Shown here piece after piece: positions 49,293-60,195 of a DNA stretch of 64,000 nt. Made by a program: the position numbers and the translations under genes. The stretch's first letter is position 1. Each line of letters opens with the position of its first letter. Origin of the DNA: an uncultured Thermoplasmata archaeon (GTDB lineage: Archaea > Thermoplasmatota > Thermoplasmata > Lutacidiplasmatales > UBA184); the NCBI GenBank assembly GCA_963749205.1, contig CAVVLW010000010.1, positions 4,531 to 68,530 on the forward strand, written 5' to 3'. The notes under the pieces are model-generated. The model was not told the DNA's origin and did no database searches. It saw only the letters and a program-made list of their open reading frames with translations.

Positions 49293-50623
49293 GCGCCCTC
49301 GGGGAGACGGGTCCGGCGGCCCGGTGGACAGGGGTCACCGTGCGGTTCGGGGAGCGCACCGCGCTCCACTCCGTCGACCTCTCGGTGCGACGCGGAGAGT
49401 TCCTCGCGCTTGCGGGTCCCAACGGGTCGGGAAAAACGACCCTGTTGCGCGCCCTCCTCGGATTCCTCGCACCGCAGGAGGGGTCGGTTGAGCTGCTCGG
49501 GACCCCGGTGGACGACCTCTCCGTCCGCGAGCGGGCACGGCGCGTCGCTTGGGTCCCCCAGGAAGAGAGCCCCCGCGACGACGTTCCCATCCTGGACTAC
49601 GTCCTCTACGGGCGTTACGCCCACTTGGGGCCGTTGGAGGGTGAGACGGAGGAGGATCTTCGTCGAGGGCGGCAGGCGCTGGACGACGTCGGGCTCGCCG
49701 ACCGTGCCCTCGACGGGATCCTCTCGATCAGCGGAGGAGAGCGACAACGGGCCATCCTCGCCCGGGCTCTCGCTCAGGACGCCCCGGTGCTCCTGCTCGA
49801 CGAACCGACCGCCCACCTCGACATCGGTCACCAGCTCGACCTGCTGGAACGGGTCCGGCAGCTGAGCCGCCGGCGCGGGGTCACTGTGATCGCCGCACTC
49901 CACGACCTCAATCTTGCGGCCCGGTTCGCCGACCGGATCTTCGTCCTGTCCCGGGGACGCGCGTACGCCGACGGCCCTCCGGCTCGCGTGATCTCCGAGG
50001 AGCTCCTCGTCCGGGTTTGGGGAGTGGTCGCCGACCTCCGACGGGACCCGCGCACCGGCGCTCCTTACCTGTTGCCCCATCGCGTTGTCGCCCCGCCCCC
50101 CGACGGAACGGTCCCCCCGATGCTCGGTCCGGTGCACGTGGTCGGGGGTGGCGGGGCCGGCAGTCTTTACCTCCGGACCCTGGCGGACGAGGGCTACCGC
50201 GTGACGGCCGGCGCCCTGCACCTCTTGGATTCGGATACGGAGACTGCCGAGACGCTCGGAATCCCCGCCGCCGTCGAGGTTCCGTTCGCCCCCCTCGGCG
50301 CGGAGGTTCGCGGGCGGAACCGGGAACTGATCAGTGCCGCGCGTGCCATTGTTCTCACTGCCTTCGCCGTCGGACCGTCAAACGTCGCCAACCTGGAAGA
50401 CGTCCTCCCTTTCGTGGGCCCGATCCCGACGCTCGTGCTGGTGCATCCCGCATCGCCCGCGTGGGATTTCACTGGCGGACGGGCGTCCGAACTCCTCGCC
50501 GCGATCCGTCACGCGGGGGCGCGGGAGGTAGGCGGGGCGGACGAGCTGCTCGGCGAACTGTCCAAACTTCTAAGGCCGTCGAGGTCGCCACCCGCGTCGC
50601 TACCGGCCGCGGCGCGTGGGTAA
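49289..50623 (+). CDS. ABC importer ATP-binding protein (FecE/BtuD-type) with an extra C-terminal domain of about 175 aa
   Basis: Track ORF 49289..50623 is intact. It has GPNGSGKTT, ISGGERQR and LLLDEPT. The C-terminal part begins VHVVGGGGAGSLYLRTLADEGYRV. The start overlaps the permease stop (GTGA). Confidence 0.85.
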   Translation: MSALGETGPAARWTGVTVRFGERTALHSVDLSVRRGEFLALAGPNGSGKTTLLRALLGFLAPQEGSVELLGTPVDDLSVRERARRVAWVPQEESPRDDVPILDYVLYGRYAHLGPLEGETEEDLRRGRQALDDVGLADRALDGILSISGGERQRAILARALAQDAPVLLLDEPTAHLDIGHQLDLLERVRQLSRRRGVTVIAALHDLNLAARFADRIFVLSRGRAYADGPPARVISEELLVRVWGVVADLRRDPRTGAPYLLPHRVVAPPPDGTVPPMLGPVHVVGGGGAGSLYLRTLADEGYRVTAGALHLLDSDTETAETLGIPAAVEVPFAPLGAEVRGRNRELISAARAIVLTAFAVGPSNVANLEDVLPFVGPIPTLVLVHPASPAWDFTGGRASELLAAIRHAGAREVGGADELLGELSKLLRPSRSPPASLPAAARG

Positions 50624-51434
50624 CGGAGTCACGTCCAGTGGCGGAGGGTTCGGTCCGCCGAACTCCGCCAGGAATCGGGGGAGCTCCCCTTCCAGCACGA
50701 AGACCGTGCTCGGTACGCCGAGTCGGGACGCCTCCTGGGCTTCGGCGGCGGCAGCGAACCGTCCGATCGGCCGGTCCGTGGCGGAGCGGAGTGCGTGAAA
50801 CGCCTCGAGTCCGTGGGCCGCGATGAGGCCCGCGGCCGCACTCGTGAGAGCCTCCCGGAGCCGGTCGGTTAATCGCCCGTCCCCCAGGTCGTCCTCGGAG
50901 AGGGTCCGGACATGGATCGGCGCCGGTGACAGGGGGACGATCCCTTCGAGCTCGGAGACCTCGACGAGAGCGCCTTTTCGAACTGCCCGGGCCACCCGAC
51001 CTCGGGACGGACCCGTGCGGCCCGGCCGGGCCGACAGCAGGCCGTCGACGAGCTCGAGGGATACTTCGTCGCCGGCGGAGAGCGAGGCGAGAGCGATCGC
51101 CCGGGCAAGACCGGATGACGTGCAGACGCTCGAGTCGGCTTCGCACTTCCGTTCCCAGCCGCCCGAGGGACTCGTGGACCCACGCCACTCCCCGCACCGT
51201 CGGCCGGTACCGGCCGTCGCGGAATTCGACCAGTCCCCGCCGCGCGAGCGACCGGTAGGAGTGGGAGGCGGCCTGCACTGTGAGCCCGAGACGGTCGGCG
51301 ATCGGCCGGAGCTGGCTCGGCTCGAGCGTCGTGCACTCGTAGAGGAACAGGAGCTCGGTCACCGCGCCGCCCCGCCGGAGACCCGCGAGTCCCTCGGCGG
51401 GCGGGCCGGACGTCTCCGGTCGCATCCCCGTCAT
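50600..51434 (-). CDS. winged-helix transcriptional regulator with a C-terminal domain of unknown function; at least two frame changes
   Basis: The N-terminus is in track ORF 50469..51434 (LFLYECTTLEPSQLRPIADRLGLTVQAASHSYRSLARRGLVEF). The middle is in the frame of ORF 50869..51336. The C-terminus is in ORF 50600..50995. Confidence 0.6.
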
Positions 51435-51492
51435 GGGCGTGACGAACCCCGCGCAGGATTAAAGCTCTCTTTCGGAGCTTGACAAACCGAGT

Positions 51493-53545
51493 TTATGCCG
51501 CGCGCGCGCGGGACGGTCCGCGCCCTGGCGCCTTCTCCTCGGCGTTGCGACGGACCTCGCGGATGCGGTCGCGGATCCGCGCGGCCTCCTCGAAATCGAG
51601 CCGCTCCGCCGCGAGCCGCATCTCTTCCTCGAGATTGGCGAGAAGGATCGGGAGGCGCTCCTTCCACTTCTTGCCGAGCCCTGAGACGGAGAGGTCGCCG
51701 GACGGGGCCTCCTCCTCCGGAGCGAGGAGGGAACGGACCTCTTTCACGATCGTCTCGGGGACGATCCCGTGTTCGTCGTTGTACGCGACCTGGGTGGCTC
51801 TCCGCCGTGCCATCTCGGCCATCGCTCGCGCCATGGATCCGGTCGTCCGGTCCGCGTAGAGGACGACCTTCCCGTCGAGGTTTCGGCTCGCGCGGCCGGC
51901 CGTCTGCACGATCGACGTCTCGCTCCGCAGGAAACCCTCCTTGTCCGCGTCCATGATCGCCACGAAGCTCACCTCGGGGAGGTCGAGCCCCTCCCGGAGG
52001 AGGTTGATGCCCACGAGGATATCGTACCGTCCGACGCGGAGATCCCGCAGGACCTCGACACGCTTCAGCGTCTCGACCTCCGAGTGGAGATACCGGACCT
52101 TGAAGCCCTGGTTCGCGAGGTAGTTCGCGAGCTCCTCCGACGTGGCTTTAGTGAGCGTGGTGACCAGGGCTCGGTCCCCTCGAGCGACGCACGCGCGGAG
52201 CTCCGCGATCAGGTCGGCGATGTGTCCCTTCAGGGGGCGCACTTCGATCGGAGGGTCGACCAGTCCGGTCGGGCGGATGATCTGCTCGACCACCCCCTTC
52301 GACGCTTTCCGTTCGAACGGTCCCGGTGTGGCGGAGACGAAGACGAGCTCGGGCACGTGCTCGAGGAACTCGGGGAACTTGAGAGGTCGATTGTCGCGGC
52401 ACGACGGGAGGCGCCAGCCAAATTCGACGAGGTTGTCCTTGCGGCTGCGGTCGCCCTTGTACATTCCCTGGAGCTGGGGCACCGTGACGTGCGATTCGTC
52501 GAGGAAGACGAGCAGGTCGTCCGGGAAGAAATCCATCAACGTGTAGGGAGGTTCCCCCGGTTTCCGACCCGAGAAGTACCGCGCGTAGTTCTCGATCCCG
52601 GAGCAAAACCCGGTTTCCTGGATCATCTCGAGGTCGTACTCGACCCGCCCCTGGAGCCGTTGGGCCTCGACGATCTTCTCCGATTGCCGCAACTCTCGGA
52701 CGCGGGCCTCCTTCTCCTTCTGGATCTCGCCGAGCACCAGGCGGACCCGTTCATCCACGGTGAGGAAGTGCGTCGCGGGGAAGATCGAGAGACGGTCGAG
52801 CTCTCGGACCTCCTCCTGCGTGATCGGGTCGAGCTCGGCGATCGCGCCGACCGTGCTCCCGTCGAGGAGGATGCGATGCACCGTCTCCCCGGCGCCCATC
52901 ACGTCGATCGTCCCGCCCCGGACGCGGAAGCGACCCCGCTTGAGCTCGATGTCGTTCCGATGGTACTTCATTCGGACCAGGTGCTCGAGGAGGGATTGGC
53001 GGCCGGTCGACTGACCGACCGCGAGCTCGACCACGGAGGCGCGGTAGTCCTCGGGGGAGCCGAGGCCGTAGATGCAGCTGACCGACGCGACGATCGAGGA
53101 CGTCCCGTCGGGTCAACAGGGCCTGGGTCGCCCGGTGGCGGAGTCGGTCGATCTCCTCGTTGATCGTCGCGTCTTTCTCGATGTAGAGGTCGATCTGGGG
53201 AACGTACGCCTCGGGCTGGTAGTAGTCGTAGTAGCTGACGAAGTACTCGACGGCGTTGTGGGGGAACAGGGCGCGGAACTCGCTCACCAGCTGGGCGGCG
53301 AGGGTCTTGTTCGGGCTCACGACGAGGGTCGGCCGCTGGAGGCGGGCGACCGTGTGCGCCATCGTGAAGGTCTTGCCGCTGCCCGTGACCCCGAGCAGCG
53401 TGACGTACTTCTCCCCCTTCTCGATCCGACGGACGACCTCCTCGATCGCCTTCGGCTGGTCTCCCTGGGGCAAGAGGTCCGTCTCGAGTTGGAAGCGACC
53501 GGGGAGCTCGGCCCGGGGTGGGACCGCCGTGCGGTCTCCCGTCAT
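51493..53545 (-). CDS. uvrB: excinuclease ABC subunit B; one frame change near 53080
   Basis: ATG at 53545 lies in the frame of ORF 52751..53902 ([22 protein letters not shown]). The reading continues in ORF 51493..53034 ([28 protein letters not shown], and the C-terminal UVR motif [11 protein letters not shown]). Confidence 0.9.
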
Positions 53546-54372
53546 TGGGCCGCCCGTCCCCCTGCAGCGGACCCCCGGTAACCGAAGGCATCGATTTCCA
53601 CCGGGTCGAAGCCGAGTCCCCCGAGCGCACGCCGGACCTCGGAGACGAGGGGTTCTGCGCTCAGGCGTGCGACGTCGTCGGGGTCGACCTCGATTCGGGC
53701 GCCCTGGCCGCGGGTCCGGACCCGGACCCTCCGGAATCCCCGACCGGCGATCCATGCCTCGCCCAATTCGATCCGCCCGAGCAGTTCGGCGGAGACGGGA
53801 TTGCCGTGGGCGACCCGAGAGGAGAGGCATGCATCCGAAGGCTGGTCCCAGTTGGGGAGATGTCGCTCGTGCGCGGCCCTCCGCACCAACAGCTTGGTCC
53901 ATCCGGCCCAGACCAGGGGATGGTCGAACCCAGCCTCGTCCATCGCCCGGAGACCCGGACGGTCGTCCGTGAGGTCGTCGACGTGGACCCCGTCCAGGTA
54001 TTGGTCGATCCCCCGAGCGCTTCCCGCCCGGCGGAGAACCTCGGTCTCCACTGACCGGCAGAAGTAGCAGCGGTTGGGGGTGTTCGCCCGATACTCGGCA
54101 CGTGAGAGGGGGTTCACCTCGAGCACGACGTGTTCGATCCCGATCGACCTCGCGACCTGGCGGGCACGCTCCACCTCCGACCGGGCCACCGCGGGCCCCG
54201 CAAGCGTCACCGCGACGCTACGGGGGCCGAGCGCCTCGAACGCCAGCGCCGCTACGAGGGACGAGTCGACCCCTCCCGAGAGGGCGACGAGGGCCGTCCC
54301 CCGGCCTGCGATGCGGTGGAGGATCTCCACGTCCGTATGAACGCGAGTGACCGGGTCGACTAGGTGCCCCAT
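53542..54372 (-). CDS. larE: LarE-like PP-loop ATP-dependent sulfur transferase (TIGR00268-like family)
   Basis: This is the last 276 codons of track ORF 53542..54531, starting at ATG 54372. It has SGGVDSS, RCYFCR and SDACLSSR. The stop overlaps the uvrB start (ATGA). Confidence 0.8.
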   Translation of the reverse strand: MGHLVDPVTRVHTDVEILHRIAGRGTALVALSGGVDSSLVAALAFEALGPRSVAVTLAGPAVARSEVERARQVARSIGIEHVVLEVNPLSRAEYRANTPNRCYFCRSVETEVLRRAGSARGIDQYLDGVHVDDLTDDRPGLRAMDEAGFDHPLVWAGWTKLLVRRAAHERHLPNWDQPSDACLSSRVAHGNPVSAELLGRIELGEAWIAGRGFRRVRVRTRGQGARIEVDPDDVARLSAEPLVSEVRRALGGLGFDPVEIDAFGYRGSAAGGRAAQ

Positions 54373-54525
54373 GGAAGAGGAGCGGCAAGGGGCCGCCGAC
54401 CAAAACGGTTTGGTATACCCGCGGGACTCTCGCCTCGTCGTGCGCCCGAGCGACCGCGCACGACCGTCTCCCCCGACCGTCGGGGCGTACAAAATCACAA
54501 GAGCCGCGCCGAGCTTCCCTGGGAG

Positions 54526-54963
54526 ATGCAAGCGATCCAGGACGGACCGCAGTGGGTACTTCGACTGGACGATGGGCAGGACCTATTCGAGGCCCTCTCC
54601 GAATTTGCCGACCGCGAGAAGATGTCCGCCGCGGCGGTCTTGTTCGGGATCGGAATGTTCCAGAAGGCGACGTTCGGCTACTGGGATGGAAAGCAATACC
54701 AGCCGCTCGAGCTGACCGTTCCGCACGAGGTCGTCGCGCTGCACGGCACGATCGCGCGGGTCGACGGCGCTCCCTCGGTCCATCTGCACGGCGCGGTCGC
54801 CGGACCCGACCACCGCCTGGTCGGCGGTCATCTTATTCGGGCGACGGTCGGCGTCCTAGAGGAAATAGTCCTCACTACGTTCCCGGGACGCACTTTCGAC
54901 CGACCGCTCGTAGAGAGCTGGGGCCTCCGAATGCTGGACCTTCTCCCCGGGGGCCACCTCTAA
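54526..54963 (+). CDS. PPC/DUF296-domain protein
   Basis: This is the last 145 codons of track ORF 54364..54963, starting at ATG 54526. It has the typical HEVVALHGTI...HLHGAV...GGHL pattern. Confidence 0.75.
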   Translation: MQAIQDGPQWVLRLDDGQDLFEALSEFADREKMSAAAVLFGIGMFQKATFGYWDGKQYQPLELTVPHEVVALHGTIARVDGAPSVHLHGAVAGPDHRLVGGHLIRATVGVLEEIVLTTFPGRTFDRPLVESWGLRMLDLLPGGHL

Positions 54964-55011
54964 GCCACTCCGACATGCCTTTCCGTCCGGTCGTGGTCGC
55001 GCGGGGCTTCC

Positions 55012-57858
55012 ATGGTCACGGATATTCCTCCTCCCCTCGAAGGGATTGACCCACGGCTCGCCGACGCGGTGGGCCGTCGAGGCATTCGGGTCTACACCGA
55101 GATCCAGCGCCTCGCCCTTCCGGTCCTCGTTACTGGGTCGGACGCCCTGCTCCTGTCACCGACCGGCACCGGGAAGACGGAGGCGGCCCTGCTTCCCCTC
55201 CTTTCCGGCCGGCTCGCGGACCCGTCCCCCCCGATCTCGTTGCTCTACGTCACTCCCCTCCGTGCGCTCAATCGGGACCTCGAGCACCGGCTCGTATCGT
55301 TGGTGCGCGACGTCGGGTTGACTGCGGCCGTGCGCCACGGGGACACCACCGCCGCTGCGCGACTCGCCCAATCCCGGTCCCCTCCGGACCTTCTCCTCAC
55401 CACACCGGAGACCCTCCAGATCCTGCTCGTCGGGAAGCGGCTCCGCGAAGGGCTGCGCAACGTCCGCACGGTGGTCGTGGACGAGATCCACGAGTTGGTC
55501 GGGTCCGACCGGGGCGCCCAACTCAGCCTGACGCTCGAACGACTCGATGCGTGGACGGGGAGAACGGTGCGCCGTATCGGTCTCTCCGCGACCGTGGGGA
55601 ACCCGGACGACGTCGCGCGGTTCCTTTCGCCCTCGCCGAGGAAGATCGAGGTGCGCACCGCCCGCGAGCCTCGGGACCTCGTCCTCACCGCGCGTCGGCC
55701 CCTCGAAGAGAGGGCGCCGCTCGACCCGGAACTCGTCCGGGAGCTGAAGGCGGACGCGACCCTCCTCGAGGGCCTGCGGGCCGTCGAAGAGGAGATCCGA
55801 GCCCATCGCACCACGCTCGTCTTCGTCAATACGCGCCCGACGGCCGAGGGGCTCGCCGCTCGGCTGAACCGACTCGCACCGGACCTCGCCATCGCGGTCC
55901 ACCATGGGTCGCTCTCTCGAGAAGTTCGCGAAGACGCCGAACGGGCGTTTCGAGACGGGCAGCTTCGTGCATTGGTCGCCACGTCGTCGCTCGAGCTCGG
56001 GATCGACATTGGAGTGGTCGACCACGTCGTGCAGTTCGGCTCGCCCCACCAGGTCGGCCGGCTGGTCCAGCGGGTCGGGCGTTCGGGGCATCGCAGCGAC
56101 CGGACGATCCACGGGGTCGTGCTCTCACTGGACGACGACGACCTCGAGGAAGCCGCGGTCCTCGCGCGACGGGCCGACGAGGGAAAAGTGGAGCCGGCGT
56201 CCTGGCGAACCCGAAACCGGCTCGCGGCGGCGCAGCAGATCGTCGCGACGCTGCGGGCAGAGGGTACGGTCGACCGGGACCGGATGGTGGCGACCCTCGG
56301 ACGGGCGGCCGCCGTGTCAGAGCTCTCTCGGAGCGACTGGGATGCGCTGATCGCGTACCTCGTCAGCCTCGGTCTCGCAAAGTCATCCGGTGGGCAACTG
56401 ACCTCGGGCCGGGGTACGTTGCATCGATTCTACTCCTCCCTCTCATTGATCCCCGACGAGCGGACGTATCGGCTGCGGGACATCGCCACGCGGCGCACGA
56501 TCGGCACGCTCGACGAGCGATTCGTGCTGACGCAGATCCTCGCCCAGCCGGACGAGATCTTCCTCCTCCACGGACGGACCTGGAAGGTCGTGGAGTACCG
56601 CGACGGGGAGCTCTTGGTCGAGACGGTGAGCGAGATTGGCCGGGAACCGCGCTGGGCAGGGGAGGACCTCCCGGTCCCGTTCGACGTGGCCCAAGAGATC
56701 GGACGGATTCGGCGCGAGGGGAACTTCGAAGAATACCCGATCTCCGCGTTGGACCGGGGGCGTCTCGACATCCGGCGAACGGCGGCGATCGACGCTCACG
56801 CCCTCCCCACCGACCGTCAAGTCACGGTCACGCCTCGCGGGAGGGTCGTGGTCTATGGTGCGTGCTTCGGCACCCGGACCAACGAGACCCTCGCCCTCTC
56901 GACCGCCGGACTTCTGACGGCCCGCCTCGGCGCCCGCACCGAGGTCGTCGAGGTCGAGCCGACCTGGTTCGTCCTCGAGCTCCCGATCGCCGTCGACGCC
57001 GCGACCCTCGTCGATGCGTTCTCGGTCGAGCCGAGCTCCCTCCGGCCCCTGGTCGAGCGGCTCGTCCCTTCCGGCCTCGATTACCGCTGGGTCTTCCTCT
57101 CCGTCGCGCGGAAGCTGGGCGTTCTACCCTCGTCCGCGGACCCGCGAGACCTGCGGACGCTCGAGCCGCTCATGGACGCCGCGCGAACGTCTCCGCTCGG
57201 CGAGGAGGTGCTCGACAAGACGCTGCACGACCGCTTCGATGTTGCGCACGCCGAATCGGTCCTAGCAGCGGTTCGGTCGGGGTCGATCGAGGTGGTCGCG
57301 GCCCCGCCCGCCGCGCTTTCGGACGGCCCGCTTGAACGGCTCTCCTGGCGGACCCTGCCCGACATTCCGCCCCCGACGCTCCTCAAGGCCATCCGGGAGC
57401 GTCTGGAGAAAGAATCGCTCGTGCTCGTCTGCCTTCGTTGCGGTTTCGTCCGTACCACGACGCCCGCGCGGTACCGTGCGGAAGGAGGCAGCCGGTGCCT
57501 CCTCTGCCACGGCTCGCTCTCGGCGGTGCTCTCCCCTCGACGGACGGAGGAGATCGACCGACTCTCCCGGTACGCCCGAGAAAAATGGCGACCGACGAGG
57601 AAGACGGCGGTCCGTGGGAAACGACGGCCGCGGCCGCCGACGGCGGACGTCGAGGTCCTCGTGCGTTCGGGCTACACGTCGGCCGAGCTCGTGGCCCACT
57701 ATGGGGAACGCGCCCTCTTCGCTCTCGCGGCCCGAGGGATCGGGCCCGAGACCGCCCGCCGGCTCCTGATGCGCCTCTACCGGGACGACGACGCGTTCTT
57801 CACGGAGATCCTTCGGGCCGAGCGGAGCTACGCGAAGACTCGGGCGTTCTGGGACTAG
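55012..57858 (+). CDS. lhr: Lhr-family large ATP-dependent helicase
   Basis: Track ORF 55012..57858 is intact at 948 aa. It has SPTGTGKTEAA, VVDEIHEL, SATVGN and VQRVGRSGHR. Confidence 0.9.
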   Translation: MVTDIPPPLEGIDPRLADAVGRRGIRVYTEIQRLALPVLVTGSDALLLSPTGTGKTEAALLPLLSGRLADPSPPISLLYVTPLRALNRDLEHRLVSLVRDVGLTAAVRHGDTTAAARLAQSRSPPDLLLTTPETLQILLVGKRLREGLRNVRTVVVDEIHELVGSDRGAQLSLTLERLDAWTGRTVRRIGLSATVGNPDDVARFLSPSPRKIEVRTAREPRDLVLTARRPLEERAPLDPELVRELKADATLLEGLRAVEEEIRAHRTTLVFVNTRPTAEGLAARLNRLAPDLAIAVHHGSLSREVREDAERAFRDGQLRALVATSSLELGIDIGVVDHVVQFGSPHQVGRLVQRVGRSGHRSDRTIHGVVLSLDDDDLEEAAVLARRADEGKVEPASWRTRNRLAAAQQIVATLRAEGTVDRDRMVATLGRAAAVSELSRSDWDALIAYLVSLGLAKSSGGQLTSGRGTLHRFYSSLSLIPDERTYRLRDIATRRTIGTLDERFVLTQILAQPDEIFLLHGRTWKVVEYRDGELLVETVSEIGREPRWAGEDLPVPFDVAQEIGRIRREGNFEEYPISALDRGRLDIRRTAAIDAHALPTDRQVTVTPRGRVVVYGACFGTRTNETLALSTAGLLTARLGARTEVVEVEPTWFVLELPIAVDAATLVDAFSVEPSSLRPLVERLVPSGLDYRWVFLSVARKLGVLPSSADPRDLRTLEPLMDAARTSPLGEEVLDKTLHDRFDVAHAESVLAAVRSGSIEVVAAPPAALSDGPLERLSWRTLPDIPPPTLLKAIRERLEKESLVLVCLRCGFVRTTTPARYRAEGGSRCLLCHGSLSAVLSPRRTEEIDRLSRYAREKWRPTRKTAVRGKRRPRPPTADVEVLVRSGYTSAELVAHYGERALFALAARGIGPETARRLLMRLYRDDDAFFTEILRAERSYAKTRAFWD

Positions 57859-58940
57859 GCCCGGGCCGAGAGCGACCGCGTTACGGTCTCCACGGCCGCT
57901 CGGGGGGCATCGGTCCGGAATCCCTCGGGTCGGGCGTGGGTCCTCGCCGCGCGAAATCCGCGCGCGTGGAGGGCCTCGAGGAGGGAAGGGAGCGCGGGAG
58001 GGGCGCCGAGACCGAGCTCCCCGGCGAGCCGGTTGGATTCGTAGTAGAAGGGAACGTCCGCCTCGATCTCTTTCTGGAGACGAGCAACGAATCGCCCGGT
58101 TTCGACTGTTCGCGCCGCCACCGACGGAGGGGCCAGGGCGCGCACGAGCGTCGCCGTCGAAGAGCGGTCCGAGCCACATCGGCCCGTAAGGACCCTGACC
58201 GCCGACCGGGGGTCCTGTCCAGGTCACCGGGTCGATGACCGCGACCGGGTCCTCGGAGCTGTCCTCGGCGACCGTGGCGACCTCGACGTAGGCGCGAACG
58301 TGATGGTCCCGCGTGTAGGCGAGGAGGGGCCGAACCGTTCGGGCGTGGGATCTCGCCTCGCGGGCGAGGTACCCGAGCAGGATGCGTAACCCCCCCTCGG
58401 GACTCGAGCGACCACGGATCGGACGGGCTTCGTAGCGACGTTCGCACGCGCCCCGGCTGCACCCCGGCGAGAACCATCATATCGGTCGCGGTCACGGCAA
58501 GGACGCCGCCCGGACGGAGCGCGGCGAGCGCCGCCGGCACGAAAGGCGCCGGCGTCCCGTACGGGTCGATGTCAACGTAGTCGAACGCACCCGTGGTCGG
58601 CGGGGTACTGGCCGTCACGTCGCTCTGTCGACGCCCCCGGCCAGTGGGCGGCATTCTGGGCCAGGACCCGAGCGGCCTCGTCGTTCGCCTCACTGAGAAA
58701 GATCCGGTCGAAGGCGCCGCTCTCGTTCAGCAGGCGGAGGCCTCGGACCCCGGTCGCGGCCGTAACCTCCCACCCCGAAAGTCGGTGGCCGGTCCCGGCA
58801 GACCATGCGGTCGCGAACGCCACTCCGATGTCCCGGTCGCCGGCCATCGCGGGGTTGTAGAACACGGGCGACCTCGCCCGGGGACCCGGTCCGGGGGACG
58901 CGGGCGGAAGCCAGAGCTCGGTCCCGCCTTCGCGGGAGCG
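57855..58940 (-). CDS. trm1: tRNA (guanine26-N2)-dimethyltransferase Trm1; at least three frame changes and an unresolved start codon
   Basis: [10 protein letters not shown]...[12 protein letters not shown] is in track ORF 58572..58865. [15 protein letters not shown] is in ORF 57881..58693. The C-terminal domain is in ORF 57855..58145. Confidence 0.8.
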
Positions 58941-58942
58941 CG

Positions 58943-59500
58943 CTAGTGCGACCGACCCGTGATGAGGTGGACGATCTTGAACGCGAGGAGGTTCTTGTTG
59001 ATCGGCGTCACTTCGAGCAGTCGTAGTTCGTCCCTCCGACGGATGTCCTGGAGGAGGGGTTCCGGGACTTCTTGTGAAGGGTCATGACGATCGATTTCTT
59101 GGCATCGAGGGTTTCGACCACGGCCTTGGTGAACAGCTCGCTCTCGACCTCCATCTTCCCGACCTCATCGATCACGATGACGTCGGCCGATTCGCGGGCC
59201 TCCGCGAGGGAGCGGGTCCCGATGCCCTCGAGCGCGGCGAGGTTGACGCCGTAGCGTCCGGAACGGATGCGCGACTTGAGCGATTCGTGGGCGAAGACCT
59301 CGTGTTCTTTCGTGAGCCAGTTCGTGATCTGAAATCCCGCCCGCCGTTGCTTCTCGATGATCGGCTCGGTCACCATCCCACCGACCGTCACGCCTTCCTC
59401 CTCGAGCAGCTCGATGATGCGGAGCAGCGTTTGCGTCTTCCCGAGAGCCCGGGAGGCCGGTAATGCCAATCTTTACCGGTGGAGAGAGACGTCGGGGCAT
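58943..59500 (-). CDS. THEP1-type nucleoside triphosphatase; two frame changes
   Basis: VKIGITGLPGS is in the frame of ORF 59165..59527. GKTQTLL...VIVIDEVGKME is in ORF 59008..59469. My translation of the C-terminus reads LLEVTPINKNLLAFKIVHLITGRSH, ending at TAG 58945..58943. Confidence 0.75.
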
Positions 59501-59620
59501 AGCCGATAACACCGTTAGTAGCGGCATCTAGGGCGGCATGCAATAAGAGCGTATCTCCGGCATGACGCACGTCCCGAACGGAAACGTCCTGGCACCCGCC
59601 CCCGGCCCTCCTCGGAACCC

Positions 59621-60195
59621 GTGTACCCTCCCCGCGAGGACACTCTCCTCCTCGTGCCGTTCGCTCGCGTCGCACGGGGTAGTTCCCTTCTCGAGGTCGG
59701 CGCCGGAACGGGTTGGGCGGCGCTCGAGGCCGCCCGCGGAGGGGCCCGCGTGGTCGCGACGGACCTCAATCCCATCGCCCTCCGTCGGCTGAGGGAACGC
59801 GCTCAGGAGCAACGGCTCGAGGTCGAGGTGATTCGCACGGACCTCGCACGGGGTCTCGGTCGATTCGACCGCATCGTCGCGAACCCCCCTTACCTGCCGA
59901 CCGGTCCGGAGGAGCGGGACCCGGACCCCTGGCATAATCTCGCGCTGGATGGAGGACCGGACGGATGCCTGGTGACGGCACGGCTGGTCGAGTCGCTCTC
60001 GGACCACCTCACGTCCGCCGGCACTGCGTTTGTCGTCGGTCTCGTCGGTCCAATCGGAGTCCGGTCTCACCGCGATCCGAGACCGCTGGTCGTCCCACGG
60101 CGGTGAGTGCTCGGTCGTCGGCGAACGGACCCTCGAAGGCGAGCGGCTGCAAGTATGGCGGTTCGACGCCCCCGGCGGAGCGAACCCGCCCCTAG
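59621..60195 (+). CDS. HemK/Mtq2-like N5-glutamine methyltransferase; frame changes near 60020 and uncertain 3' end
   Basis: Track ORF 59621..60106 has YPPREDTLLL, EVGAGTG, DLNP and the NPPY motif (VANPPYLP). The tail is in ORF 60030..60629 (GERLQVWRFDAPG). Confidence 0.75.
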
